This document shows, in pieces, positions 18,294-29,698 of a stretch of 64,000 bases of DNA. The position numbers and the translations under genes are program-made. This DNA comes from Prevotella sp. (GTDB lineage Bacteria; Bacteroidota; Bacteroidia; Bacteroidales; Dysgonomonadaceae): positions 47,776 through 111,775 of the forward strand of contig JAITVV010000071.1 of assembly GCA_031285625.1 (NCBI GenBank), given 5' to 3'. Within the stretch, counting starts at the first letter, position 1. Each line of letters begins with the position of its first letter. Below the pieces are notes generated by a model. That model had not been told where the DNA came from and made no database searches. It was given only the letters and a program-made list of their open reading frames with translations.

Positions 18294-20516
18294 TTATTTC
18301 AATTTGAATCCTATTTTGGATTTTATATCTGTTGCAGAAACTCCGATTAGCGCTTCGAAGTCACCACTTTCGGCTACCCAGTCATGTTTCTTATCATCAA
18401 AGAAGCTTAATGCAGTCTTATCAATAGTAAAAGTAACTGTTTTTTCTTCTCCCGGTTTCAGGTTTACTTTTTCAAAACCTTTGAGTTCTTTTACAGGACG
18501 AGGAAGTGATGATTTGAGATCGCTGATATATAACTGTACTACTTCAGCACCTTCGCGATTTCCTGTATTCTTCACACTCACATAAAAAGAGATTTTGCCA
18601 TCGGCTGTCATTTCTTTATTATCAGCTGATGCTTTTCCATACTCAAAAGTAGTATAGCTAAGACCATGTCCGAATGGGAATAATGGTTTAATTTTCTCTT
18701 TGTCTATCCAGCGGTATCCTACAAAGATACTTTCATGATATGTCGCTTCTTTGTTCAGTCCCGGATAATCACCCAGCTTATGAGCGCCATTATCATCTAA
18801 TTTTACAGGGAATGTAAATGGCAACTTGCCTGATGGATTTGCATCTCCTGCAAGGATGGAAGCTAATGCTGTACCTGACTCAGTACCATTATACCATGAT
18901 TGAACTATGGCAGGTACGTCATTTATCCAAGGCATTGCTATCGCATTACCGGAGATATTGACTACGATAAGATTCTTATTCGCTTTCGCCAGTTCTGCTA
19001 TTACATTGTCCTGTCCATAAGAAAGATTTAATGCTTTACGGTCGTTCCCTTCACTATCCTGACCATCACTTTTGTTCAGTCCTCCTATAAATATCACAAC
19101 ATCGGCATCCTTAGCAAGCTTAGTAGCTTCGCCAATCAGTTCAGCAGCCGAACGAGAATCATGGAGATCTCTTTTCAATTTTACTCCGTTATACTCACTG
19201 GTAGGATCACCTACATAACCACGGGCATAGGTTATTTCAGCTTGTGTGCCCATACGTTTCATTATTCCGTCTAACGGAGCTATTTCATATTTTGCTTTCA
19301 GGGAAGAACTACCGCCACCCACAGTCATCGGCTTAATCGCATTTTCACCAACGACCAGGATCTTTTTTGTCTTATTCAGGTCGATTGGTAAAACATTGTT
19401 ATTGTTCTTCAAAAGAACAATACCTCCTTCGGCAATCTTACGTCCTGCCGCAGCATGTTCAGGAGTTCCAAATGAGCCCCAAGGACGTTTTGTATTCATT
19501 GTAGTGCGAAATGCCAGACGTAATATATTACGAACTTTTTTATCCACTTCTTCTACTTTTACTTCGCCTGAATACAGAAGCTTCAGAAAAGGATTAGCCA
19601 GATAGTAGTTGTCATAGGCATTACTTGCGCCTTCGCTCAGTCCGTCTGTCCAAGAGCCAAATTCCATATCAAGACCGTTATAGATAGCCTGCTTTGTGTT
19701 ATTAACACCGCCCCAATCGGAAACAACCACACCATCAAATCCCCATTCTCCACGAAGAATGTCATTCAACAGGTACTGATTATGGCATGCCCATTCCCCT
19801 TTATATCTGTTGTACGCACCCATAATTGCCCAGGCTTTACCCTCCTGTACGGCAGCTTTGAATGCAGGCAGATAAATTTCGTATAGAGTACGGTCATCAA
19901 CATTTACATTCACGGTATGGCGGTCAATTTCCTGATTATTCAATGCATAATGTTTTACACAAGCAGCAACCCCATTGGCCTGTACTCCCTGAATATAAGG
20001 AACCACCATCTTGGAAGCCAGAAACGGATCTTCACCCATGTATTCAAAATTACGACCATTAAGAGGTGTACGATAAATATTTACACCGGGTCCTAGCAAA
20101 ATATTCTTGTTGCGGTAACGAGCTTCTTCGCCGATACTTTTTCCATAAAGAGCAGATAAGTCTTTATCCCAGGTTGCAGCAAGGCATGTAAGTGCCGGAA
20201 ATGCTATACATGAATCATTCGTCCATCCTGCCTGATCCCATTCATCCCACAAAACTTCGGGACGTATACCATGAGGCCCGTCCGTAGCCCAGTTTTCAGG
20301 AATACCCAAACGGGGAACACCCGCCGAACTGAATTTGGATTGAGCATGACACATGGCTACCTTCTCTTCCAGTGTCATTCTGGAAAGGGCATCTTCTACC
20401 CGTTGTTCTATAGGCTTTGATTCATCTAAGTAGATAGGTAAGTTGTTTTGTCCTACCATATTTACACTTATGGTACCCATAAGGATACACAACAGTGTTA
20501 TTACTGGTTTCAGCAT
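18294..20516 (-). CDS. GH3 beta-glucosidase
   Basis: DGPHGIR, GRNFEYMGEDP, KHY, nucleophile SDWG and C-terminal Fn3-like domain. Confidence 0.93.
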   Translation of the reverse strand: MLKPVITLLCILMGTISVNMVGQNNLPIYLDESKPIEQRVEDALSRMTLEEKVAMCHAQSKFSSAGVPRLGIPENWATDGPHGIRPEVLWDEWDQAGWTNDSCIAFPALTCLAATWDKDLSALYGKSIGEEARYRNKNILLGPGVNIYRTPLNGRNFEYMGEDPFLASKMVVPYIQGVQANGVAACVKHYALNNQEIDRHTVNVNVDDRTLYEIYLPAFKAAVQEGKAWAIMGAYNRYKGEWACHNQYLLNDILRGEWGFDGVVVSDWGGVNNTKQAIYNGLDMEFGSWTDGLSEGASNAYDNYYLANPFLKLLYSGEVKVEEVDKKVRNILRLAFRTTMNTKRPWGSFGTPEHAAAGRKIAEGGIVLLKNNNNVLPIDLNKTKKILVVGENAIKPMTVGGGSSSLKAKYEIAPLDGIMKRMGTQAEITYARGYVGDPTSEYNGVKLKRDLHDSRSAAELIGEATKLAKDADVVIFIGGLNKSDGQDSEGNDRKALNLSYGQDNVIAELAKANKNLIVVNISGNAIAMPWINDVPAIVQSWYNGTESGTALASILAGDANPSGKLPFTFPVKLDDNGAHKLGDYPGLNKEATYHESIFVGYRWIDKEKIKPLFPFGHGLSYTTFEYGKASADNKEMTADGKISFYVSVKNTGNREGAEVVQLYISDLKSSLPRPVKELKGFEKVNLKPGEEKTVTFTIDKTALSFFDDKKHDWVAESGDFEALIGVSATDIKSKIGFKLK

Positions 20517-20585
20517 AATTGATAAATTGATAAGTTAGTATTCTAGTCTTCCGGGATGATTCGGACACAAATATACTCTTTATTA

Positions 20586-22040
20586 TTATTTCCAAATACA
20601 GGAAATAACAGATTTTGATGGAACATTGTATGTGAACGAGTTATTACCCTGTTGTATTGTTACATTTCTATCCATCGACATATCATTTTGTAACACAATA
20701 GAATATGTATTATCCGGATTCTCGAAAGCAGAATAATATATACCTTCTGTAGTATTACCCTCCGACTTGATACGATGACTTCCCGGCTTAATTACTTTAG
20801 ACAAATGTGCCATTGCATAATAGTGGCTGTTTTTATCCATGGTAGCATAGTCATTCGAATCTATTGTGATGCATCCTAAACAGATATTACAGCCACCCGG
20901 ACGATCCGGACCGTGTTTGTCATCAAGCATATAGTTCCACATAATAACTGCTTTGTTATAATTATTGATAGTACCTATACAAACCTCACGCATATTCCAC
21001 ATCATATCTACAGCAAAAGAATATCCTTCACCCCACAGGCCAATAGACATTTCAGTAAAGTATAGGTTTTTGTCGGGACGGGTATTGTGAATTATAAGCA
21101 ATTCTTCTTTCTCACCTCCATAAGCATGATAAGCAGCCCCATCAATATATTTTGCAGCATCTGCGTCTTCATATATTCTTAGTGGATATTGTTGTTGATC
21201 GAGATTCTCTTCTTTATCCTCATCATAATTGTAATTGTGGTCGTATACAACAATCTTAGTTTTTATACCCGCTTTTTCGAATGCCGGGCCTAATGCCTGT
21301 TTTACGAAGTCGCGCTGTTCCTGCCAGGTCATATATAAAGACATGGAGTTACCTCTGTTCAATGGTTCATTCTGTATTGTGATGGCATCTATGTAAAAGC
21401 CTTCTGCCTCCATTGCCTGAAGGTATTTTACAAAATATGTAGCATAATCTTGATAATATTTTGGATTTAGCTGCCCGCTAGTCCATGAATCGAAAGGTTT
21501 CAAATCTTTCAAATTATTCACTTTCATCCATTTAGGGCAAGACCATGGAGAAGCCATTATTTTAACTTCAGGATTAATCGCCTTTATTTCTTTTAATATA
21601 GGGAAAAGATCACGCTTATCATCTTCGTGCATCGTAAAGTTTTCTATTCCCGGTTTATCACAATATGTATATTCGTCTAAAGAGAAATCGGAAGCTCCTA
21701 TTGAGATACGGATATAACTATAACCAAAGCCCTCTTTTGGATCAAAGGTTTCTTTCAAGATAGCCGTCCGGTTTTCCGGTGTCATCTTTAGCAGATTATA
21801 ACAGCTGGAACCTGTAATAGCAGCGCCAAACCCATCCATTTCCTGATATTTTTCTTCGGGATATAGAGTGATAGTATTATCTGTGGTTTGTGTTTCGGAT
21901 TTTGCCTTTAATACGACAGAATCTTTTTGCATTGTTTTTGTCTTATCGGCTGTAGTCGTGTACACATCTACAAAAGCCTGCTTCTGGGTACAAGAAAACA
22001 GGATAAAACAAGATAATGCCGTGTAAATAATTTTTTTCAT
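20586..22040 (-). CDS. GH30 glycoside hydrolase lipoprotein (probable endo-beta-1,6-glucanase, GH30_3-like)
   Basis: Lipobox LFSC; GFGAAITGS, ASPWSCPKWMK, acid/base QNEP and nucleophile YFTE. Confidence 0.88.
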   Translation of the reverse strand: MKKIIYTALSCFILFSCTQKQAFVDVYTTTADKTKTMQKDSVVLKAKSETQTTDNTITLYPEEKYQEMDGFGAAITGSSCYNLLKMTPENRTAILKETFDPKEGFGYSYIRISIGASDFSLDEYTYCDKPGIENFTMHEDDKRDLFPILKEIKAINPEVKIMASPWSCPKWMKVNNLKDLKPFDSWTSGQLNPKYYQDYATYFVKYLQAMEAEGFYIDAITIQNEPLNRGNSMSLYMTWQEQRDFVKQALGPAFEKAGIKTKIVVYDHNYNYDEDKEENLDQQQYPLRIYEDADAAKYIDGAAYHAYGGEKEELLIIHNTRPDKNLYFTEMSIGLWGEGYSFAVDMMWNMREVCIGTINNYNKAVIMWNYMLDDKHGPDRPGGCNICLGCITIDSNDYATMDKNSHYYAMAHLSKVIKPGSHRIKSEGNTTEGIYYSAFENPDNTYSIVLQNDMSMDRNVTIQQGNNSFTYNVPSKSVISCIWK

Positions 22041-22068
22041 GAGAATTTATGTTCAAGTTTTTCAAAAA

Positions 22069-22105
22069 GGAGCCTGCACTCAAAATTAACCATATTACAG
22101 GCTCC
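22069..22105 (-). terminator. Intra-operon hairpin with U-tract
   Basis: GGAGCCTG/CAGGCTCC stem followed on the minus strand by TTTTT. Confidence 0.5.
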
Positions 22106-22117
22106 ACCAAACAATCT

Positions 22118-23566
22118 TTATTTCAAAATAAATGATGCTACAGCAGAATTAGGCACATTATAAACAAATCGTTTACTTGTTGCCTGATCTTTTACTGTAA
22201 GATTAATATTGTTACCCGATTCGTTTACTACAATAAGTCCTTTTGTTCCGTCAGGATTTAGGAAAGCAGTAGCAGTAGCTCCATCAGGGAATACTCCTGC
22301 AAATGAAGTGCTAATCATTTTAGCCCCGCTGCGGCATACTTTTCCAAAATGGCTTAACATATAATATTCCAATTCTTTTTTGTATTCATCACCATCGATG
22401 GTGACAATACCTCTACAGTCTTCACAGAATACACCACCCGGTGTCACCGGACCGTGTTGTGAGTTAAGGGCAACATTAAACATCATGTAATTACTAGAAC
22501 CATTCTGGATACATGGCACTAAGAAATCTGTCATATAATAAAACATAGTTTCCATCTCTGTTCCTGTATTCCAACCACCACCAGATAATTCCGTCTCATA
22601 AATACTTTTATCAGGAAACGCCGCTTTCACCGCATTTATTGCTGATGGATTCCCTGCATATCCGTGAAATGCTGTTCCATTAATATACTGATTAGCTGTA
22701 GCATCGCTCAGAACATTTATTGCATAATCATAAATATCAAAGTTATGGTCTAAGATAAGTATCTTAGTTGTAATTCCTACAGCTTTAAATTTAGGGCCAA
22801 GATATTTACCTATTATCTCCGCTTGTTCCTGCCATGACATTTTCATTGAAGGGTGGACTCCCGACTCAAAATCGGCTTCGTTTTGTAACGTGATGGCATC
22901 AATGGTAATACCTTCCGCTTTCATAGCCTGAACATATTTTACAAAGTATGTAGCATAATCATCATAAACCTCAGGTCCTTTAAGGGTTCCATTATTCAAT
23001 TTGCCCGAACTCTTCATCCATGCCGGAGGAGACCATGGGCTGGCAATCAATTTTATATTAGGGTTGATTGCAAGGATTTCTTTTAAAACAGGAAGTAAAT
23101 CACGCTTGTCTATTTCCGGTATAGCAAAGTTTTCTATTCCAGCCTTATCACAATAAGTATACAGATCCATAGAGAAATCCGACGCCCCGATACACAGGCG
23201 TAAACTTTCCAGTCCTGCTCCTTCTCTCGGATCAAATAATTCTTTCAAAACATTTGCCCGAGCTTCAGCACCCATTTGTTTTAACAAATATGCGGAAGAG
23301 CCTGTAAGACCGCCGCCAAACCCGTCGATAGTCTGATATTTTACAGTAGGATCAATGCGAACGACTACATCTGTGATATCATTAGAGTATTCCAAAGGGA
23401 GCTCTTTCATCATATATACTTTCGACTGTGTAGTCAGCCACATTCTCACTTCGTTGTTCTCTGTTGAACCTTGTTGGTCTTCATCCGCAAAACCCGAGTC
23501 AGTGTTATAATCAACACATGAAGTCGCAAGAATCAGAGATAATATAGGGATTAAATATTTTTTCAT
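22118..23566 (-). CDS. Second GH30 glycoside hydrolase lipoprotein
   Basis: Lipobox ATSC; GFGGGLTGS, ASPWSPPAWMK, QNEA and YETE motifs. Confidence 0.88.
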   Translation of the reverse strand: MKKYLIPILSLILATSCVDYNTDSGFADEDQQGSTENNEVRMWLTTQSKVYMMKELPLEYSNDITDVVVRIDPTVKYQTIDGFGGGLTGSSAYLLKQMGAEARANVLKELFDPREGAGLESLRLCIGASDFSMDLYTYCDKAGIENFAIPEIDKRDLLPVLKEILAINPNIKLIASPWSPPAWMKSSGKLNNGTLKGPEVYDDYATYFVKYVQAMKAEGITIDAITLQNEADFESGVHPSMKMSWQEQAEIIGKYLGPKFKAVGITTKILILDHNFDIYDYAINVLSDATANQYINGTAFHGYAGNPSAINAVKAAFPDKSIYETELSGGGWNTGTEMETMFYYMTDFLVPCIQNGSSNYMMFNVALNSQHGPVTPGGVFCEDCRGIVTIDGDEYKKELEYYMLSHFGKVCRSGAKMISTSFAGVFPDGATATAFLNPDGTKGLIVVNESGNNINLTVKDQATSKRFVYNVPNSAVASFILK

Positions 23567-23638
23567 ATTTATTTTTCTTTGGTTTCGCCCTGTCTCTGTG
23601 ATAGAAACAGAGCGAAAGTTTTACTTGTGTTTAATTAT

Positions 23639-25006
23639 TTAAGGTAATGTTACACTTTCGGCAGTTACTACCTTAGTTGCCAGATTAATCGTTATCTTAT
23701 AGTTTCCGGATACAGCTCCATCAGCAGCATACCAGTTACCATCATCTTTACCCAAGTCAGTATCTTTAGCTATGAGGGAAGGCATTGTATAATCAGATGA
23801 TTTCTTTTCATTTGCCCAATCCCTGTTTTCAAATGGTTTGAAGTTTGCTTTTGTAGCATCAAAGTATACCACTGCCTGATAAATATCGGTTGTCACCTTA
23901 CGGAATACAATAGCTTGCAATGGCGCGTTGAAATCCCAAGTTGTGTGAGCTTCTTCTTTTACTTTAGATGGATATCCCAGACCTTCTCCGGCAGCAAGCA
24001 GTACATTCGGATATGCCCTGTCGGCAGGATCTACAATTACTACTTTGCGGGTTTCGCTATAATATAAATCGTAACTTCCGGCATCTCCTATGAATTTAAC
24101 CGTCTCATCAGAGGTGCGTTCAAAGTAGTTGAGATCATATACAATATCGGTAGAAGTAAGTTCGTCAAACAGGTTTACATCCTGATTTTTCTCGAAAGAA
24201 CGGGATAATTTCTTAAATGCTTCACCGCTGGCTGTTACATCGCCAAAGTTGTCCAAAACAAGATCATTCGGATTAAGCTTATCTCCGGCAAAGGCTGTTG
24301 CAAACATATAATTATCGAATGTGATACCTGTAATATAATCGACAGTAGTACTTGTAGTGGTGATATAGTCTCCTGTCTCATCAACCAGTTGAATTGCTCC
24401 GGCTTTGAGCCCCCATACATGTCCTGTGAAATCAATTTGATTGTCAGCAGTTAGTTTCTCAGCGATTCTGTAGCGAAGGCTGTTAGACTTGATCATTACT
24501 TCTGGTGATTCATATTTATCTGATTTTGTTGCCTGAGGGGTTAATGTGAATACTTCCCCATTATCAAGAACCATATACAACTTATTATAGTAAGTTCTCT
24601 TTCCTTTCAGCCCGGCTATGCTTCCGGCAGTTTCATCCCCTTCCACATTGATGAGGGTTAACAATACTTCTATAGTTGCATCTTCGGGCAATTCACTTGT
24701 ATATGCCACCTTGAATTTAGATGAAACTTCTGCACTGTTGCCGGAAGTCCGGATTGATTGCTGTGCAATAAGTACATCGTTTACAATCATTTTCATTTCT
24801 AAGGAAGACAGAGGAGTTGTAGGATCAGATACCTTTGCTGTGATGACAACTGAATCTCCATATGCAAAGATCGAAGGATTGATCGTAGCCGATTCTATTA
24901 CCGGTGTCGAATGCGGAAAAGTTGTCCGGGTATCTTCTTCCTCACACGATGTGAATAGAAGGCATGCACATAATCCGCATATGATGGTTTTATATATAGA
25001 TTTCAT
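23639..25006 (-). CDS. SusE/SusF-like surface glycan-binding lipoprotein (DUF5121/DUF5125-like)
   Basis: Lipobox FTSC, Ig-like N-terminus, C-terminal GNYKITINL, and position after susD. Confidence 0.7.
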   Translation of the reverse strand: MKSIYKTIICGLCACLLFTSCEEEDTRTTFPHSTPVIESATINPSIFAYGDSVVITAKVSDPTTPLSSLEMKMIVNDVLIAQQSIRTSGNSAEVSSKFKVAYTSELPEDATIEVLLTLINVEGDETAGSIAGLKGKRTYYNKLYMVLDNGEVFTLTPQATKSDKYESPEVMIKSNSLRYRIAEKLTADNQIDFTGHVWGLKAGAIQLVDETGDYITTTSTTVDYITGITFDNYMFATAFAGDKLNPNDLVLDNFGDVTASGEAFKKLSRSFEKNQDVNLFDELTSTDIVYDLNYFERTSDETVKFIGDAGSYDLYYSETRKVVIVDPADRAYPNVLLAAGEGLGYPSKVKEEAHTTWDFNAPLQAIVFRKVTTDIYQAVVYFDATKANFKPFENRDWANEKKSSDYTMPSLIAKDTDLGKDDGNWYAADGAVSGNYKITINLATKVVTAESVTLP

Positions 25007-25026
25007 ATATTTTTCAATATTTAAGA

Positions 25027-26547
25027 TTAATAACCAGGATTTTGTTCAAGATTTACATTCAAGTCCAATTCACTCTGAGGTATCGGCCAAATCAATTTAT
25101 TTTCATTCAATCTGGCTGCATATTCGTTCTGATGATCGGTACAAGCTCTCATAACCTGAATAAATCTGCCTCTGCGTTTAAGATCCATCCATCTCTTGCC
25201 TTCGAATGCAAACTCAAAACGGTTTTCATTCTCAATAGCCAGACGCATGTTATCTTTGGTTGATGCGGTTGTATTTGGCAGTTTTACACGGGTTCTTACT
25301 TTATTCATCTGATTTTTGGCTTCTGCAATATTGCCTAGTTCATTTTCAGCTTCTGCTAATAATAAGATAGCTTCAGGCAAACGGAACAAAACTATATTTC
25401 CTGCTTCCTGTGATCTTAGTTTGTAGCAATACGGATATTTATTAGATGGCCAGAATTTATCAGTCCATTTACCAGTAACATCTCCAAACGTAATAGATGC
25501 ATCGCGGCGGACAATATCCCCGGCAGATGTAAATGCCTTATATAAGTCTTGACTTGGAGTATTGAATTTCTTCCAGTCGATACCATAAAACATTTGTGCA
25601 CCCCAGTTTCCCAGTGTAGACCAGCTATTATAATCAACTTCGAATATAGACTCTTTGCAATGTTCGTTTACAAGATTTACACTAGGAAGGACACCATTCG
25701 CTGGTGTTTCTGATACTGCAAACAGGTCATCATAATTATCCATCATGCCATAACGGCTATCATCCACAACAGCTTTAGCGTATTGCTTTACTTTGTTCCA
25801 GTCTGTTCCTTCAAATCCGTCTTTAGTAGCATATACCTGAGCCTGGATCAGATGTACAAGCGCTTTTGTAATTTTGAATTTATCTGTAGAGTAATCCATT
25901 ACATTTGCCTCAGCATATTCAAGGTCACTTACGATCTGAGCATAAATATTTTCTACAGTCTCCTTAGTCGGATATAGTAAAGGATATATTTCATCAATGT
26001 TTTCCAGACTGATCTCCGGAACATATTGTGTAATTAAAGGAACACTTCCATATATTCTTACCAGATTGAAATAGCATATTGCCCTCATAAAATGAGCATC
26101 ACCTGTTATTTCCGCTCTGCGTTTTTCTGTTAATGCTGCATCTGTAATTTTAGGTGCCCATTCAATAATTGTATTTGCTTTGGATATATGAGAATAGAGA
26201 TATCCCCAATCACGTTTTACTCCACCATTAGAAGCTGATATCCTCAATTCATCTATTTGAGTTGTCTGGTCTTTATTTTCTCCTGCATACGCATTGTCAG
26301 CCTGTGCATCGTTCATAATGTACCAGTCTAATTGCCAGAATTCATTTGCAAAATCCCCGTAAGCTCCTGTTAATAATTGCTCCATCTGAGTAGCAGTAGT
26401 ATATTCGGTTGCATTGTCTTTATCTCCTGACCCCCAGTTCTCATTGGTAAGTTCAGAATCAGGTGATTCGTCAAGGAAACTGCTGCATGACACTAATGCC
26501 ATACATGCTATAGTTCCGCAAAGGATATTTTTTATATTGTATTTCAT
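25027..26547 (-). CDS. SusD/RagB-family lipoprotein
   Basis: Lipobox; AHFMRAICYFNLVRIYGSVP, ENRFEFAFEGKRWMDLKR and WPIPQSE...QNPGY motifs. Confidence 0.95.
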   Translation of the reverse strand: MKYNIKNILCGTIACMALVSCSSFLDESPDSELTNENWGSGDKDNATEYTTATQMEQLLTGAYGDFANEFWQLDWYIMNDAQADNAYAGENKDQTTQIDELRISASNGGVKRDWGYLYSHISKANTIIEWAPKITDAALTEKRRAEITGDAHFMRAICYFNLVRIYGSVPLITQYVPEISLENIDEIYPLLYPTKETVENIYAQIVSDLEYAEANVMDYSTDKFKITKALVHLIQAQVYATKDGFEGTDWNKVKQYAKAVVDDSRYGMMDNYDDLFAVSETPANGVLPSVNLVNEHCKESIFEVDYNSWSTLGNWGAQMFYGIDWKKFNTPSQDLYKAFTSAGDIVRRDASITFGDVTGKWTDKFWPSNKYPYCYKLRSQEAGNIVLFRLPEAILLLAEAENELGNIAEAKNQMNKVRTRVKLPNTTASTKDNMRLAIENENRFEFAFEGKRWMDLKRRGRFIQVMRACTDHQNEYAARLNENKLIWPIPQSELDLNVNLEQNPGY

Positions 26548-26559
26548 TGTATTCAGTTT

Positions 26560-29544
26560 TTAGAATGTTAGATTAAGACCAAAAATAAATGTGCGCGATT
26601 GCGGGTAAGTTCCATAGTCGATACCAAGCTGAGCTGCATTATTACTGTTGGTCCAGCTTAGTTCTGGGTCATAACCTCTGTATTTTGTCAATGTAAACAG
26701 ATTATTTACAGTTCCATATACATTTAGTTTGGAAAGACCTAATGGTTTCAATACTTTTTGACCGAAAGCATAAGATAATGTTAAAGATTTAAGGCGGATG
26801 AATGAGCCATCTTCGATAAATCTTGTAGAGTTCAAGGAATTGCTAAGAACACCTGATCTTGGTACATCAGTAATCATTCCCGGGCGTACCCATCTGTCAA
26901 GAACTGTTGTTGTCTGGTTCTTAGAATCGAACATACCTTCCGAGTCAATTCTGGAAGCATTGAATATATCATTACCATAAGAACCATTAAAGAATGCACT
27001 CAGTGTAAAATTCCTATAAGAGAAGTTATGCGTAAATCCGAAAGTAAAATCCGGTTGTGCATCACCTATCACGGTTCTGTCTCCTGAGTCGATTACACCA
27101 TCTTCAGATACACCGCCAACTCCATTACCATTCAAGTCTTTATAGATTACATTACCTGTCTCAGGATTAATTCCTTCAGCCACATACCCGTAGAATGAAC
27201 CTAATGGAAGCCCTTCTTTTATTATAATCACATCATCTCCATTGCTTTCTATATTAGCTACAGTAAACTGAGGAGTAAGACCTAATTTGGTAAGCTTATT
27301 TTTATTAAATGACATATTTAGTGTTGCATCCCATTTAAATCCACCAGTAAGGATTTGTCCGTTTACGTTGAATTCGAAGCCTTTATTTACCATTTCGCCG
27401 TCATTACGCATTGGTAATGTTGCACCAGATGAAGCCGGTGTAGTTATATATAATAACAGGTCTGTAGTTTTTTTATAATAGGCATCAAACTCGGCTGTTA
27501 ATCGTGAGTTGAATAGTGATAAATCCAATCCAGCGTTGTATTGGGTTGTAATTTCCCATTTCAGGTCGCGATTCCCCAATCTACCGGGTGTTACAGCCGG
27601 TCCTTGTCCTGTGGTTTCCTGTTTATTGATATTATATTTATCATAAAAATCATAATCTCCGATACCATTCTGATTACCGTTTCGTCCCCAACCGACTCTT
27701 AGCTTGGCATCATCTACAACTGTTGTTAACGGTTCAAAGAATTTTTCACTTGAGAAACGCCATCCTGCCGATAAAGACGGGAAATATGCCCATTTATGAT
27801 AAAGTTTGGAAGATCCGTCAGCACGGAAATTGGCAGTAAATAGATAGCGGCTCTCATAATCATATTGTACTCTGGCAAGGTATGACATCAAGGAGTTACC
27901 CTCTTTCTTGGTAGTGGCACTGTTAACCTTATTAGCCATATTCAACGTCATTGTTTTATAAGTTGTACCTTTCACGAAGTCTTCAACAGACATATATGAA
28001 TTATTATGTCTATAGCGTTGCAGAGTAACACCTCCTAAAGCACTGAAATTATGTTTATCATCAAATTTCTTGCTGTAAGATAAAATGTTCTCACTTTGCC
28101 ATGTCAGGTAACCATCATCAGCATGTTCACCACGCCCGTTTGCCTGACGTCCGTATTGAGTTTTTACTGGGTCGATAAATTTATCCCATGTGTGAGAAGT
28201 ATAATCTACTGAAAATCTAGGCTTGAAATGTAATCCTTCCAGAATAGTAAAATCCAGTTCCAGATTACCCATGAAACGATATTCCTGATTTTTATCATAT
28301 GTATTTGCCTGTGCATACGGGTTTTCCCAAGAAGACTGAAACGGATTAGTCGAATATTGCCCCGGGTTATCAGCATCCCATATTGGCATAAAAGGAGGTG
28401 TGTTTATAATAGACATAATAACACCACCACGACCTGCATTCTGATTATCAGTAGCATCCATACGCGAATTACGTGCAAAGCTGAGATTTGAGTTTATCTT
28501 GAACCAAGACTTGATTTCAGTAGAAATGTTAGATCTGAAAGAATATCTGTCATAGTCTGCAGGAGATATAATTCCCTCTTCTTTTTGATAGCCTCCCGAT
28601 AAATAATAGCTTGTTTTGTCTGTACTTCCCGAAAGTGAGATCTGATAGTTTTGTTGAACTCCTGTTCCGTACATCTCTTTAGCCCAGTTGGTATAATTAT
28701 GGTTTGTGCCATCTACGCTTATTCCGATTTCATTCATCAAATCATAGTATTGCTTTGTATTCAACGTTTTGATTTGTTTTGTTACATTCGAAAAACCTGC
28801 ATACATTGACACATCAACCTGAGTTCTTCCCTTAGCTCCTTTTTTGGTCGTGATAAGGACAACACCGTTTGCTGCACGGCTACCATATATAGCTGCAGAC
28901 GATGCATCTTTCAATATCTGCATACTTTCTATATCGTTTGGCGATAAGTTGGTGATGTCATTAGTAATGATACCATCCACAACATAAATAGGATCATTCC
29001 CGGCATTCAGTGAAGTCGCTCCACGTACACGCACCTGAATACCTACCCCCGGTTTTCCTGAAGGTTGTACAACCTGTACTCCGGCTGCTTTACCTTGCAA
29101 TGCCTGTTGTGCCGAAATAATTGGCCTGTCGGCCCATTCATCGGCAGAAACGCTTGCTACGGATGTGGTAAGGTCAGCTTTACGCTGCGTACCATATCCG
29201 ATAACAATGACTTCTTCCAGTTGTTTTGATGATTCTTTTAGTTGTACATTTATAGGTCCTGACTTTGCCTGCATTTCAACAGTTTCGAAGCCCATATATG
29301 AAAATACCAGAGTTGAATTTTCGGGTACATTATTTAAGGAATAGGCTCCATCTATATCTGTCATAGTCGCATTAGTAGTTCCTTTTTGAGTCACTGACAC
29401 TCCAATCAGAGTTTCGCCAGTAGCCGCATCCGTTACTGTTCCTGTCACCCGTATACTATTCTGTGCGAAGGTGATTCCCGGAAGCAGTAAAGCAATAACA
29501 AGACAAATCTTGTATAAGAATTGTTTACAATTGTTACATTTCAT
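26560..29544 (-). CDS. SusC/RagA TonB-dependent transporter
   Basis: Plug motif DASSAAIYGSRAANGVVLITTKKG and complete barrel ending YPQSRTFIFGLNLTF. Confidence 0.96.
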   Translation of the reverse strand: MKCNNCKQFLYKICLVIALLLPGITFAQNSIRVTGTVTDAATGETLIGVSVTQKGTTNATMTDIDGAYSLNNVPENSTLVFSYMGFETVEMQAKSGPINVQLKESSKQLEEVIVIGYGTQRKADLTTSVASVSADEWADRPIISAQQALQGKAAGVQVVQPSGKPGVGIQVRVRGATSLNAGNDPIYVVDGIITNDITNLSPNDIESMQILKDASSAAIYGSRAANGVVLITTKKGAKGRTQVDVSMYAGFSNVTKQIKTLNTKQYYDLMNEIGISVDGTNHNYTNWAKEMYGTGVQQNYQISLSGSTDKTSYYLSGGYQKEEGIISPADYDRYSFRSNISTEIKSWFKINSNLSFARNSRMDATDNQNAGRGGVIMSIINTPPFMPIWDADNPGQYSTNPFQSSWENPYAQANTYDKNQEYRFMGNLELDFTILEGLHFKPRFSVDYTSHTWDKFIDPVKTQYGRQANGRGEHADDGYLTWQSENILSYSKKFDDKHNFSALGGVTLQRYRHNNSYMSVEDFVKGTTYKTMTLNMANKVNSATTKKEGNSLMSYLARVQYDYESRYLFTANFRADGSSKLYHKWAYFPSLSAGWRFSSEKFFEPLTTVVDDAKLRVGWGRNGNQNGIGDYDFYDKYNINKQETTGQGPAVTPGRLGNRDLKWEITTQYNAGLDLSLFNSRLTAEFDAYYKKTTDLLLYITTPASSGATLPMRNDGEMVNKGFEFNVNGQILTGGFKWDATLNMSFNKNKLTKLGLTPQFTVANIESNGDDVIIIKEGLPLGSFYGYVAEGINPETGNVIYKDLNGNGVGGVSEDGVIDSGDRTVIGDAQPDFTFGFTHNFSYRNFTLSAFFNGSYGNDIFNASRIDSEGMFDSKNQTTTVLDRWVRPGMITDVPRSGVLSNSLNSTRFIEDGSFIRLKSLTLSYAFGQKVLKPLGLSKLNVYGTVNNLFTLTKYRGYDPELSWTNSNNAAQLGIDYGTYPQSRTFIFGLNLTF

Positions 29545-29698
29545 GATTCTTTAGGTTTAAAAAGTAATTTTGGTTAGTCGATTTATTGAATAATAATGTT
29601 GATAAAAGGTTAATTTGCTCACGTCATATCATGGTATTTAAAATTTTGAAAAATTAAGTTTGGAAGTATTAATATTTCAAAATTATGGATATAAAGCA

